Shown here: positions 1 to 8,385 of the stretch, in pieces | How the letters are laid out: the number at the start of each line of letters is the position of its first letter | Numbering within the stretch: the first letter of the stretch is position 1 | Source of the DNA: an uncultured archaeon | GTDB lineage: Archaea > Iainarchaeota > Iainarchaeia > Iainarchaeales > 0-14-0-20-30-16 | Length of the DNA: 19,530 nt | Direction: 5' to 3' | Assembly (NCBI GenBank): GCA_964565725.1 | Contig: CAZMGA010000008.1 | Location: forward strand, 8,541-28,070 | Notes under the pieces: generated by a model | Told to the model about the DNA's origin: nothing | Databases searched by the model: none | The model's input: only the letters and a program-made list of their open reading frames with translations | Position numbers and translations under genes: made by a program

Positions 1-862
1 AAATATTTATTTCTTTAGCTGCTAATTCATAGAATAAATGCATAGCTCCAAATACTCTTAAAGGCATATAAAAAGATAAAGTATTTCTTGGTAATATTGC
101 ATCATCCATAGCATCTTTATTTATTGTGTTAAAAATAAATATTCTTGGAATTAGTAAATAATTATTAGGATCAGTTAAAGATAAATCTAAATTAGTATAA
201 AAAGTACCATTATCACATTTATCTGGACTACAATCCATTAATGTAATAAAATTATCTCTTCTTTCGTTATTTATAATTGATGCTTCAGAAAATGCTTTAT
301 TAGTATATGTAGAACTAAGATTTAATTGACCAGTTATATCTGTAGGATCAATAATACTATTAGAAGAATTTAGTAAAGAATAATCATAAACTTTAAAATA
401 ATATACACTTTTAAAAATACCTCTATAATTTGTTATTTGTCCAATTATTTTATTAGACATATATTCTGCAAACATATTTATTATTTGATTACCAGAGTTA
501 TAAAAAAACAATTCATTAATATAATTAGTATATATTTCTTTCCAATGTTTAATTTTTTTGTTTTCGTAAAATGTAAGTAAATTGGGTTGTTCGCCATCAC
601 AACTTATTACATTATCATTATAAGTACAATTTGATGTAAAAAAGGTTTTTAAATGAGATCTATATAATATATCAAAAGTACTTAAAGCATCTAATCTTAT
701 TAAATCCTTTGTAGAATCCATTTCTTGTTGTTCATTTAAAGCTAAAATTATATTTTTATAGTTATCTTCACTATTAGACATATGTTGCGTAATTAAAACA
801 CCTATACCTATTACAACTAAACCCGCTAATGCCGTAAATAGTGTAAAACCTTTAATATTCAT
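1..862 (-). CDS. Type IV pilin-like / N-terminally anchored exported protein, 3' end beyond window (absent from ORF track because it runs off the edge)
   Basis: Open minus-strand frame from ATG at 862-860 to the window edge with no stop: MNIKGFTLFTALAGLVVIGIGVLITQHMSNSEDNYKNIILALNEQQEMDSTKDLIRLDALSTFDILY... The N-terminus KGFTLFTALAGLVVIG resembles a prepilin cleavage site plus hydrophobic helix. TATA-like TTTTAAAT lies at 886-893. Confidence 0.75.
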   Translation of the reverse strand, partial: MNIKGFTLFTALAGLVVIGIGVLITQHMSNSEDNYKNIILALNEQQEMDSTKDLIRLDALSTFDILYRSHLKTFFTSNCTYNDNVISCDGEQPNLLTFYENKKIKHWKEIYTNYINELFFYNSGNQIINMFAEYMSNKIIGQITNYRGIFKSVYYFKVYDYSLLNSSNSIIDPTDITGQLNLSSTYTNKAFSEASIINNERRDNFITLMDCSPDKCDNGTFYTNLDLSLTDPNNYLLIPRIFIFNTINKDAMDDAILPRNTLSFYMPLRVFGAMHLFYELAAKEINI

Positions 863-885
863 AATAAATTAAATAAAATGAAATA

Positions 886-893
886 TTTTAAAT
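886..893 (-). promoter_or_regulatory. Putative TATA box for the 862 minus-strand gene
   Basis: ATTTAAAA on the minus strand, about 27 nt before the ATG at 862. Confidence 0.4.
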
Positions 894-906
894 AAGTATG
901 TTAAAT

Positions 907-2580
907 TTATTTAAATAACAAAAAATCCCACCACGGTTTATCTATACTGGCTAATATTCCGTTAGTAGCATAATACTTTTCAATAATATTTTCTTCTACG
1001 TTAATTATTCCTAATAAACTTTTATGTGATGTTTTTGTTACTACAAATAAAGGTATATCATCAACAATTAAATTTATTTTAGAGATTTCTTTTTTATTAT
1101 TAAATTCAATAAATTGTAATTTTTCATTAGTTAAGTAAAAAGCATTATCAATTAATTCTAATGTTAATAATGTACTTATATTATAATCATTATAACTTAT
1201 TGTTAAAAGTTCTTTATCTTTAAAAATTGTATAATTGTAATCTCCAAATATAATTAAATTTGTGTTATAATCAAAACTAAAATTATTAATTTTAAAGCCT
1301 TCTTTTGAAATTGTCGAGTTTATATCTGTTAAATCAATATAATTAGATTCTTTAATAAAATTATTTAATATTGTCTTTTCAATATCAAAATATATTGTTT
1401 TTAAAGTTTCATCCTTTAAATTATCAATATCCTTATTAAAAGAATTCATAATATCTACAATAGAATCTTTTCTACCTATTTTTATACTATCTTCTTTATT
1501 TTTAGCAATAGTTTTTGATGCAGAATCATAAATATTTTTTATTTCTTCTTTAGATAGGTATTTTGTAGTAATTTTTAAAGTATTCAAGAAAAAATCAGGA
1601 TCTAAACTTAATTTAAATGAACTACTTTTATCTTTTATTTGATTTTCTATTTGCATATATTTTGTATAATTTGAATAAATTGAATCTAAATAAGTAGTTA
1701 AATTATCTAAATCATAATCACTATCATTTAAATAATTTTCAATTTGCAAGTCTAAATAATCATAAAAATTAGATTTTTTTAAAATATATTGTTTGAAATC
1801 TAATCCTAAACTATAACTAATATTTGAAATACATGTTTCATTTAAATTTTCAGGAGTATATTCAAAATTATAACCACTTTTTTTAACTATGTAATTTCCA
1901 TCTTTATCTTGACTTAATAAAACACTAATAGTTAAACAATCATAATAAGATTTGTATATTAAATCCATATCAGTATATTTTATTTGTGTATTATTAATAA
2001 AAATAGAATCTAAATTATCTTTTATTTCTATAACTGGATTATTAATTATTAAATTTACATTATCATTCAAATTATAATCTTTTAAATCTAGAGTAGTTGT
2101 AAAAAAATCAAATTTTGTGTTTTCTAATTGGTAATCAGAATCTAATACTAATTTAGGGTTTATTAATAATACATCATTTTTCAACTCTTGGCTTATAACA
2201 ATATTATAATCTTTTAAAGCAGTAATAACTTTACATTTTAAATCCAAAAAATTATCTTTTTTATCACTAATACATTTTAATTTTAAATTTGATTTTTTAT
2301 TTGCTAAAAAACTATAACAATAATTCTTTATTTGAGTATAATCAAATTGATTTTTTTCCTTTTCTGATTTGACACAATCTAAATAATCTAGATAATTTAT
2401 GTTTTTTACACTAGAATTGTCATATATTTTACCTATTTTTGAGGACAAATTATAAAATTCGTTGCAAGAATAATAACTATTACCTAATAATTCACAATTA
2501 GATTGATTTTCTGCAAAAGTAAAACTAACTAAAAATATTGTTGCTAAAATTAATAAAAACCCATAAAAATTATATTTCAA
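907..2580 (-). CDS. Secreted protein of unknown function (557 aa)
   Basis: Long ORF with N-terminal signal peptide (MKYNFYGFLLILATIFLVSFTFA). First codon is TTG (revcomp of 2578-2580), preceded by AGGTGG Shine-Dalgarno-like sequence. Confidence 0.8.
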   Translation of the reverse strand: MKYNFYGFLLILATIFLVSFTFAENQSNCELLGNSYYSCNEFYNLSSKIGKIYDNSSVKNINYLDYLDCVKSEKEKNQFDYTQIKNYCYSFLANKKSNLKLKCISDKKDNFLDLKCKVITALKDYNIVISQELKNDVLLINPKLVLDSDYQLENTKFDFFTTTLDLKDYNLNDNVNLIINNPVIEIKDNLDSIFINNTQIKYTDMDLIYKSYYDCLTISVLLSQDKDGNYIVKKSGYNFEYTPENLNETCISNISYSLGLDFKQYILKKSNFYDYLDLQIENYLNDSDYDLDNLTTYLDSIYSNYTKYMQIENQIKDKSSSFKLSLDPDFFLNTLKITTKYLSKEEIKNIYDSASKTIAKNKEDSIKIGRKDSIVDIMNSFNKDIDNLKDETLKTIYFDIEKTILNNFIKESNYIDLTDINSTISKEGFKINNFSFDYNTNLIIFGDYNYTIFKDKELLTISYNDYNISTLLTLELIDNAFYLTNEKLQFIEFNNKKEISKINLIVDDIPLFVVTKTSHKSLLGIINVEENIIEKYYATNGILASIDKPWWDFLLFK

Positions 2581-2641
2581 TAAACCACCTAATTCTTTAA
2601 TATAATATAAAATAAAGGTTTATTAATATATCTTTAATTAT

Positions 2642-2800
2642 TTATAAAAATAGATTCAAACCTAATATTAATAATCCAAAAACTAATGCTCCTACTAATA
2701 CTATTTCAGGAGTTAATCTTATTAAAGATTTAGAATTTTCTGAAAATGATACTAATCCTAATGAAGAACTTGGACCTTGTGTTGTTTTATGTTTACTCAT
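2642..2800 (-). CDS. Preprotein translocase Sec61-beta subunit (archaeal SecG/Sec61b), 52 aa, absent from the supplied ORF track
   Basis: Minus-strand ORF MSKHKTTQGPSSSLGLVSFSENSKSLIRLTPEIVLVGALVFGLLILGLNLFL*. It matches the archaeal Sec61-beta pattern (basic N-term, GP..SS.GL..., I+L/P-E/K-V, single TM). Strong SD GAGGTG upstream. Confidence 0.85.
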   Translation of the reverse strand: MSKHKTTQGPSSSLGLVSFSENSKSLIRLTPEIVLVGALVFGLLILGLNLFL

Positions 2801-2878
2801 TTAAACACCTCTTTTATATTATATATTTAGAAAGATATAAAAATATATAGTCTTTATTTATATATTTTAGGTGGCATT

Positions 2879-3544
2879 ATGTTAAATCAAAAAGGAGACA
2901 TTTTATTATATATCATTTTTACTATTATATTAATAATTATAGGTGCAATAATTTATTATGTTTACTTAAATTATGATTTTAATAGTAATAAAGATGAAAA
3001 TACATCTGTATTAAATAATTTAAAATCAAAATTACCTTCTAAAAATGTATCTAACGTTTCTTATTCTAATAATTATAAATTCAATGCAAAGATTAATTAT
3101 TTTGAATATATTAAAATAAATAATTCTAATTTGTTTATAAATGGCAAACCAAATATTAGTTTTAATAATAGTTTATTTATGTTGTCAGAACCCACAATCT
3201 ATAATTTTGAAGGAAATTTAAGTTCAGAAAATATAGTTGGTTTTGCAAATTACATTAATGGTAAAGACTATAATTTAAATATTAATTCAGATATAACTGT
3301 TGATTATAGTGATGTTGAAAATATAATAATTAATGATTTTTATTATGATTTAGAAAGAAGTAATATTAATGGTACTATAAAAATAGATACTTCTGGAGAT
3401 ATTAATTTAAATAAAGCTTATTTAAAAATAAAGGGTTTTAAAGGAAAAGTTATTTATGATCCTGAAGAAAACATATTGGAATTTGATGGAAATATAGGCT
3501 ACATTAAAGTAAAAAATGATGGGTTAGTTATAGAACATGAGTGA
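2879..3544 (+). CDS. Short N-terminally membrane-anchored extracytoplasmic protein (221 aa), unknown function; possible class III/pilin-like signal (QKGD-ILLYIIF)
   Basis: Full-length ORF, AGGTGG SD at 2870-2875, N-terminal TM (ILLYIIFTIILIIIGAIIYYVYL), beta-rich remainder. Confidence 0.8.
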   Translation: MLNQKGDILLYIIFTIILIIIGAIIYYVYLNYDFNSNKDENTSVLNNLKSKLPSKNVSNVSYSNNYKFNAKINYFEYIKINNSNLFINGKPNISFNNSLFMLSEPTIYNFEGNLSSENIVGFANYINGKDYNLNINSDITVDYSDVENIIINDFYYDLERSNINGTIKIDTSGDINLNKAYLKIKGFKGKVIYDPEENILEFDGNIGYIKVKNDGLVIEHE

Positions 3545-3548
3545 TTTT

Positions 3549-4496
3549 ATGAAATTTGATAAATTTGATATAATTAAATCAATAGCTATTTTATTGATAT
3601 TAGGATTTACTTTACTTTTTGTTTTGACTTATAGTAATATTGTACCTTGTAAAAGTGTAGGTAAAGTATGGTGTTCTGCATATTGGGGAATTGTAGGAAA
3701 TCCAAAAATTGCAATAGTTGCAGGAAACGATGGTTTAGGCAACGCAAATAAATTAATGTATATTTTTCAAGATAGAACTAAGTTTAATTTAAGACCAAAA
3801 CTTTTTGATATTTCGAACATTAGAACTACATCTTATTTAAAAAATTATGATTTAGTAATAGTAACACAAGCAAAAACACTAAGTTCAGAACAAATGCATA
3901 TGTTTTATAGTTATGCTTCACAAGGAGGCATACTAATTTGGACTGGTGATGCGGGTACTTCTTTAATGCCTTCTGATAAAAAACCAGAAGATTATAATAA
4001 TGTGCCATTAGATCAACCATGGATAAGAATTACAGATGATGAAAAAGTAATATTCTTTAATCAATTGTTATCTGTAAATTATATTAATAATTTTTGTAGT
4101 GTAGTAAATTGTAAATCAAACAAAGATTTTATAGGTAATTTTATTATGGACCCTAATAGTAAAATTGCAGAAGGAATTCCACCAACAGCTCAATTTTATG
4201 GTAATTTTGCAATGGTAGATATTATAGATAATACATTTACTACTATGGACTTATCTATTGAAAATACAGCTCATACAATAGGTAAAGATTACAAAGATTA
4301 TGGCACTAAATTTCCTTTAATAGTTAGAAGCGGAGTAGGAAAAAATGTAGTATATTTAGCAACACCAATAGAATATATGATTGATGTTAATGCTACAAAT
4401 GAATTTAATTCTAATTTTGAAGAAAGTAATACCTCTATGTATTTACCTACAATAGTAAGAAAAATTATAGAAGATAGATTAGGTTATGTAGATTAG
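3549..4496 (+). CDS. Membrane-anchored protein with a class I glutamine-amidotransferase-like / DUF4350-like domain
   Basis: ORF 3537-4496. N-terminal TM, then KIAIVAGNDGLGNANKLMYIFQ...YDLVIVTQAKTLSSEQMHMFYSYASQGGILIWTGDAGTS, typical of a GATase1-like fold. The internal ATG at 3549 (MKFDKFDI) follows a GAGTGAT SD-like motif and avoids overlap with the preceding gene; 3537 is the alternative start. Confidence 0.6.
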   Translation: MKFDKFDIIKSIAILLILGFTLLFVLTYSNIVPCKSVGKVWCSAYWGIVGNPKIAIVAGNDGLGNANKLMYIFQDRTKFNLRPKLFDISNIRTTSYLKNYDLVIVTQAKTLSSEQMHMFYSYASQGGILIWTGDAGTSLMPSDKKPEDYNNVPLDQPWIRITDDEKVIFFNQLLSVNYINNFCSVVNCKSNKDFIGNFIMDPNSKIAEGIPPTAQFYGNFAMVDIIDNTFTTMDLSIENTAHTIGKDYKDYGTKFPLIVRSGVGKNVVYLATPIEYMIDVNATNEFNSNFEESNTSMYLPTIVRKIIEDRLGYVD

Positions 4497-4503
4497 GGAT
4501 TAT

Positions 4504-6252
4504 ATGGCTGATTTTGACTTTTCTCAAGATATAGATAAAGATTATTTTAATAATGATTTAGAACCTAAACAAAAAAAACAAATTGATTTAGTCCAATTTA
4601 AAAAATATATTAAACCAACAATATTAATTATTTGCTTATTTGTTATATTATATTTGGCTACGTGGTTCTTTTTTTTAAGATATGCTGAAGTTAGTTTTAA
4701 TGTAGAATATAGCAATGGAAATTCTATTTCTACAGCTATTACTTTAATAGGAGATAAATCTAATACATATAATACAAATACAGACATTAAAATATTACCT
4801 GGAGATTATACTCTAAAAATATCTGATTCAAAATTAAAAGATTATTATTTACAAAATAATAATATTACAATTGAAAAAGATACAACTCAAATAAATATTA
4901 CGATGTATCCTAATTGGGTTAAAGATTTAAAAGATTTTAATATTAACTACCCAAACAAAATTTATGAAAAACAAAATGTAAAAGTTAATTTAAGTATTTA
5001 TAATTTAGGGGAACCAAGAACAATTGTAATTAAAGGTTCTGGGGATTTAAATGCAATTAATGAAAATTGGATTATAAACTCAGGAAATAATACTGAAACA
5101 GTTTATTTTGTTAACAATAAATTGAAAGGAAAAGAAATTTCTGGAAAGATATTTATTGAAGAAGCTGGAAATAAATTTAGTAAATCAATATCTTCAACAG
5201 TAGATAAAGCACCAAAATTAACTATGAAAACTATTCAAACTTATACTATTAACGCAGGTAATGAATTTACTATTACGTCTGAACTAACTAATGACTCTAG
5301 TACCAATTCTATAGAAGACTTAAATATAAGCATTATAAATTCAAATATAAATATTGAAGAAATGAATAGTTGGATAGAAAATAAAACAAATAATTTAAAT
5401 ATTCCTCCAAACACTATAGGCATAGGAGAAATTACTTTTAAAATCCCCTTGAATTTTGATATAGGTAGTTATTATTTTGATTTAGTATATAGCAATAGTT
5501 ATACTTCTATATCAAAAAAAATTACTTTAAAAATAACAAATCCAGACATAAAAATAAGTGATAAATTAGATTTTGGAACAATTACTGCTGGTTCAAGCCC
5601 TATTGAAAAAAATATACTTATTACAAATAATTCTGAATTTGATTTAAATATTTTGAATTATTCTATTAAAATAAATAATTCATCACCTGCAAATAACTTA
5701 ACTGATTTAGAAAATCCTGATATTCTAAAAATAAATTTAACTAATACAAATATACCTTCTAAATCATCTTTAAACTTAAATACTACGTTAATTATACCTC
5801 CAACTTTTATATCTGATAAAATAACTGGAAACATAATTTTTAATACTAATTATAATGATTTAAACACAATTTTTAGTTATAATATAGAAAGTTTAATTGA
5901 AAACATAGAATTATCTGGAGATTGGGTAGAAAAATATAAAGTTAATTTTAATGATTTAAATCAAACAGAAAAAAAAATATCCATTATATCTATAAAAAAC
6001 TCTGGAAACATAACTTTAGAAATAACAAATATTAATTCTACTTGCTCAGAGGTATCTATAACACAACCAAGTTATCCTTTAACTCTTTATACTGTAGATA
6101 CAGATAAGGTTTTTACTATAACTTATTTTGCAAATCCTTTATATAAATCAAGTTTACAATTACCTAAAGAATGTAAAATAAACATTACTTATAAAGACCC
6201 AATTAATAAAAATAGTACAAAAACAATTTCAAAAATATTTACTTTAAATTAA
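4504..6252 (+). CDS. Membrane-anchored surface protein with PEGA-like and Ig-like/NEW3-type beta domains (582 aa)
   Basis: Cytoplasmic N-term followed by TM (PTILIICLFVILYLATWFFFLRY), then TAITLIGDKSNTYNTNTDIKILPGDYTLKI (PEGA-like) and repeated beta-sandwich-like segments (DKLDFGTITAGSSPIEKNILITNNSEFDLNI, QTEKKISIISIKNSGNITLEI). Confidence 0.65.
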   Translation: MADFDFSQDIDKDYFNNDLEPKQKKQIDLVQFKKYIKPTILIICLFVILYLATWFFFLRYAEVSFNVEYSNGNSISTAITLIGDKSNTYNTNTDIKILPGDYTLKISDSKLKDYYLQNNNITIEKDTTQINITMYPNWVKDLKDFNINYPNKIYEKQNVKVNLSIYNLGEPRTIVIKGSGDLNAINENWIINSGNNTETVYFVNNKLKGKEISGKIFIEEAGNKFSKSISSTVDKAPKLTMKTIQTYTINAGNEFTITSELTNDSSTNSIEDLNISIINSNINIEEMNSWIENKTNNLNIPPNTIGIGEITFKIPLNFDIGSYYFDLVYSNSYTSISKKITLKITNPDIKISDKLDFGTITAGSSPIEKNILITNNSEFDLNILNYSIKINNSSPANNLTDLENPDILKINLTNTNIPSKSSLNLNTTLIIPPTFISDKITGNIIFNTNYNDLNTIFSYNIESLIENIELSGDWVEKYKVNFNDLNQTEKKISIISIKNSGNITLEITNINSTCSEVSITQPSYPLTLYTVDTDKVFTITYFANPLYKSSLQLPKECKINITYKDPINKNSTKTISKIFTLN

Positions 6253-7410
6253 ATTTATTTTAATTATTTGCTCTTTTATATCGTAATCCTTTATACCTAT
6301 AGTTTTATATGTTTCTTTTACTTTTTCAATATATTTTAATTCGTCTTCTAATACCTTTTTAAATATTAATTTACCTGTTTTAGGAATTAAATCATATAAT
6401 CTTATTTCTGCATCTTTTTCATTTAATATTACTTTAGCATATCTTTTATTTTTAGGTATTAAAAACCAAGCATCATCACTTACATTATAAGAATCTCTCC
6501 AAGTATCTAAAATAAATACTTCTTTTTTATTTTCCGTAGCAATAACTTTTTCATGAATATGACCAAAAAATATTATTTTTTTATTAATTTTTCTTGTTAT
6601 ATTTTTTAATTCTTCTACACTTATAACATCAAAATGTAATTTAAACAAATTTTTTAAAGACACCCATATTGTTTTCAAATATAATTTAAAATAGCCTCTA
6701 AAAATATATTTATGAATAGCAAATAACATGTTATATAAAAAATACTTTACAACCAAACCAGCCATTTCTCGCTTAACTGACAAATCTAATTTATATAATG
6801 ATTTTTTATTTTCAATTCTTTCTAAAAATGGATGCCATTCTTTAGAATCCATAAAATAAACACTAAATCCAGAAAATATTGCTGGTATATTTAATTCTAT
6901 AGTATCCTTATAACCTCTAAATACTTTATTTTTGTCAAACTCAAAATAAACATCATGTTGTTGACCATGTTCTGCAAAAACATACTCGTTAGAATAAGAT
7001 AATCTAAAATAAACATTATCGCTATTTAAAATTTCTTTTATTTTATCTTGAATTGATGGAAACAATAATTCATAATCGTGATTTCCAAAAATAAAATAAA
7101 TATTATTTTTTTTATCTTCTAAAAAGGATTTCCAAGCATCAAAAACTAATTTATGACTAGAATATATTAAATCTAATTTTTCTAGAGCTATTTGAGGAGT
7201 AACATGTTGTAAATAAAAACTCCACCTATCTCTAATTATAGGGCATTTCAAAAAATCAAAAGTATCTCCATTATTAATTAAATCTATAGGATTTTTACTT
7301 TTTTTAACTTCTGTAATAACTTCACATAATAAATTATCAGCTACAAAATCATCTGTTTTTTTTCCTGCCCCTAATTCAATATCAGAAAATAATACTACTT
7401 CTTTAGTCAT
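6244..7410 (-). CDS. Calcineurin-like metallophosphoesterase
   Basis: ORF 6244-7428 carries motifs FSDIELGAG, NGDTFD, FGNHDYE, AEHGQQHD and FFGHIHEK. The in-frame ATG at 7410 (MTKEVVLFSDIE) fits a TATA box 26 nt upstream and is preferred over 7428. Confidence 0.85.
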   Translation of the reverse strand: MTKEVVLFSDIELGAGKKTDDFVADNLLCEVITEVKKSKNPIDLINNGDTFDFLKCPIIRDRWSFYLQHVTPQIALEKLDLIYSSHKLVFDAWKSFLEDKKNNIYFIFGNHDYELLFPSIQDKIKEILNSDNVYFRLSYSNEYVFAEHGQQHDVYFEFDKNKVFRGYKDTIELNIPAIFSGFSVYFMDSKEWHPFLERIENKKSLYKLDLSVKREMAGLVVKYFLYNMLFAIHKYIFRGYFKLYLKTIWVSLKNLFKLHFDVISVEELKNITRKINKKIIFFGHIHEKVIATENKKEVFILDTWRDSYNVSDDAWFLIPKNKRYAKVILNEKDAEIRLYDLIPKTGKLIFKKVLEDELKYIEKVKETYKTIGIKDYDIKEQIIKINLI

Positions 7411-7431
7411 AATTATAATAAATAGCAAATA

Positions 7432-7439
7432 CTTAAATA
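7432..7439 (-). promoter_or_regulatory. Putative TATA box for the metallophosphoesterase gene
   Basis: ATATTTAAGT on the minus strand around 7440-7431, about 26 nt from the ATG at 7410. Confidence 0.4.
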
Positions 7440-7486
7440 TATTATCTTTAATTAGCTTATGAGTATTAAATATAATTTAAATTGAA

Positions 7487-7561
7487 TGGGCGAGGCCGGA
7501 TTCGAACCGGCGGCCTCTCGATTATCAGTCGAGTGCTCCAACCAGGCTAAGCTACACACCC
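7487..7561 (-). tRNA. tRNA-Ile(GAU)
   Basis: Revcomp GGGTGTGTAGCTTAGCCTGGTTGGAGCACTCGACTGATAATCGAGAGGCCGCCGGTTCGAATCCGGCCTCGCCCA folds as a full cloverleaf. Anticodon loop CTGATAA (GAT), T arm GCCGG-TTCGAAT-CCGGC, discriminator A. Confidence 0.96.
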
Positions 7562-7693
7562 TAAAAAAACAATCTCTAAAGATTGTAAAAGTAGTTTATT
7601 TATAATATTAATATAAATATATTTATAAACTTGTTTGAATATTTTATTAGATATATTTATATTTAAATAGTAAATATATATGTAAGTGATATT

Positions 7694-8089
7694 ATGACTA
7701 ACTTAGATTCAAAAATAATTAATAAAGAAGATATAAAAATTAAAGAAATTGATATTGTATTAGATGAAAACGACGATATTTTAAATTGTATAAAACAAGT
7801 AATAAAAGAAAATAATATTACCGAAGTAGATATTATTAATTTTGAAGGGGAAGTAATAAATTTTAGTGTAAATTATTTTGAAAAAGGTAGTTTAAAAAAT
7901 GTAAAATATTTTGAACCACATATGATTACAAAAGGTATGGGTCAATTCAAATATGATTATATAAAAGATTCTTTATTTGGTAGAATAAGAATTAATTATA
8001 CTCACATAGGTAAAAATTTTGATGGTATTTTAATGTCTGGTAAAGCAAAAGACGGTTTCAAGATTACATTAAAATACATGGAACAATAG
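7694..8089 (+). CDS. Small alpha/beta protein, possibly a divergent PPC/DUF296-domain protein (131 aa)
   Basis: ORF with TATA-like TTTAAA at 7662-7667. Layout DDILNCIKQVIKENNITEVDIINFEGEV...GRIRINYTHIGKNFDGILMSGKAKDGFKITLKY resembles the PPC-domain arrangement but lacks the canonical HxH. Confidence 0.4.
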   Translation: MTNLDSKIINKEDIKIKEIDIVLDENDDILNCIKQVIKENNITEVDIINFEGEVINFSVNYFEKGSLKNVKYFEPHMITKGMGQFKYDYIKDSLFGRIRINYTHIGKNFDGILMSGKAKDGFKITLKYMEQ

Positions 8090-8147
8090 GTTTGTTTATA
8101 AATATTATGTTCCAAAATTAAATATATTTATTTTATAATAAATTTTA

Positions 8148-8270
8148 CCCGACTTTGCATAGCGGCTAATGCGTCCGGCTGTAGTTTGTTTGTGCTTCTC
8201 TGGTTTTTTTAAAAAACCAAAGAGTTAAGCAGATACCGGAAGACCCCCGGTTCAAATCCGGGAGTCGGGA
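8148..8270 (+). tRNA. tRNA-Tyr(GUA) with a 50-nt intron at position 37/38
   Basis: Exons: CCCGACT TT GCAT-AGCGGCTA-ATGC G TCCGG-CTGTAG | A-CCGGA AGACC CCCGG-TTCAAAT-CCGGG AGTCGGG A. Perfect 7-bp acceptor with C1-G72 (Tyr identity), 5-bp anticodon and T stems, anticodon GTA. Confidence 0.95.
8185..8234 (+). other. Archaeal tRNA intron (canonical bulge-helix-bulge) within tRNA-Tyr
   Basis: 4-bp central helix CTGT (8179-8182)/GCAG (8229-8232), flanked by 3-nt bulges AG^T (8183-8185) and AT^A (8233-8235). Internal hairpin CTCT.GGTTTTTT/AAAAAACC.AGAG. Confidence 0.9.
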
Positions 8271-8385
8271 TTTTTAATAATTAATTTAATACTAATACTT
8301 AATTTACTTTTTAAGGTACTAATTATAAATATTTCTAAATAAGATAAATTTCTAGTTAAAGAGGTAAGAAATATAAATACAAACT

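Noticed and set aside
3826-4020. Minus-strand 64-aa ORF in the track
   Set aside because: Fully antisense to the GATase1-like gene; low-complexity hydrophobic product, no SD or family resemblance.
4542-4787. Minus-strand 81-aa ORF
   Set aside because: Antisense to the well-supported 4504-6252 gene; no recognisable domain.
5241-5423. Minus-strand 60-aa ORF
   Set aside because: Antisense shadow ORF inside the same surface-protein gene.
7561-7680. A/T palindromes such as TTTATAAA, AAATATATTT
   Set aside because: Expected at high frequency in this base composition; only those at promoter-consistent distances were retained.
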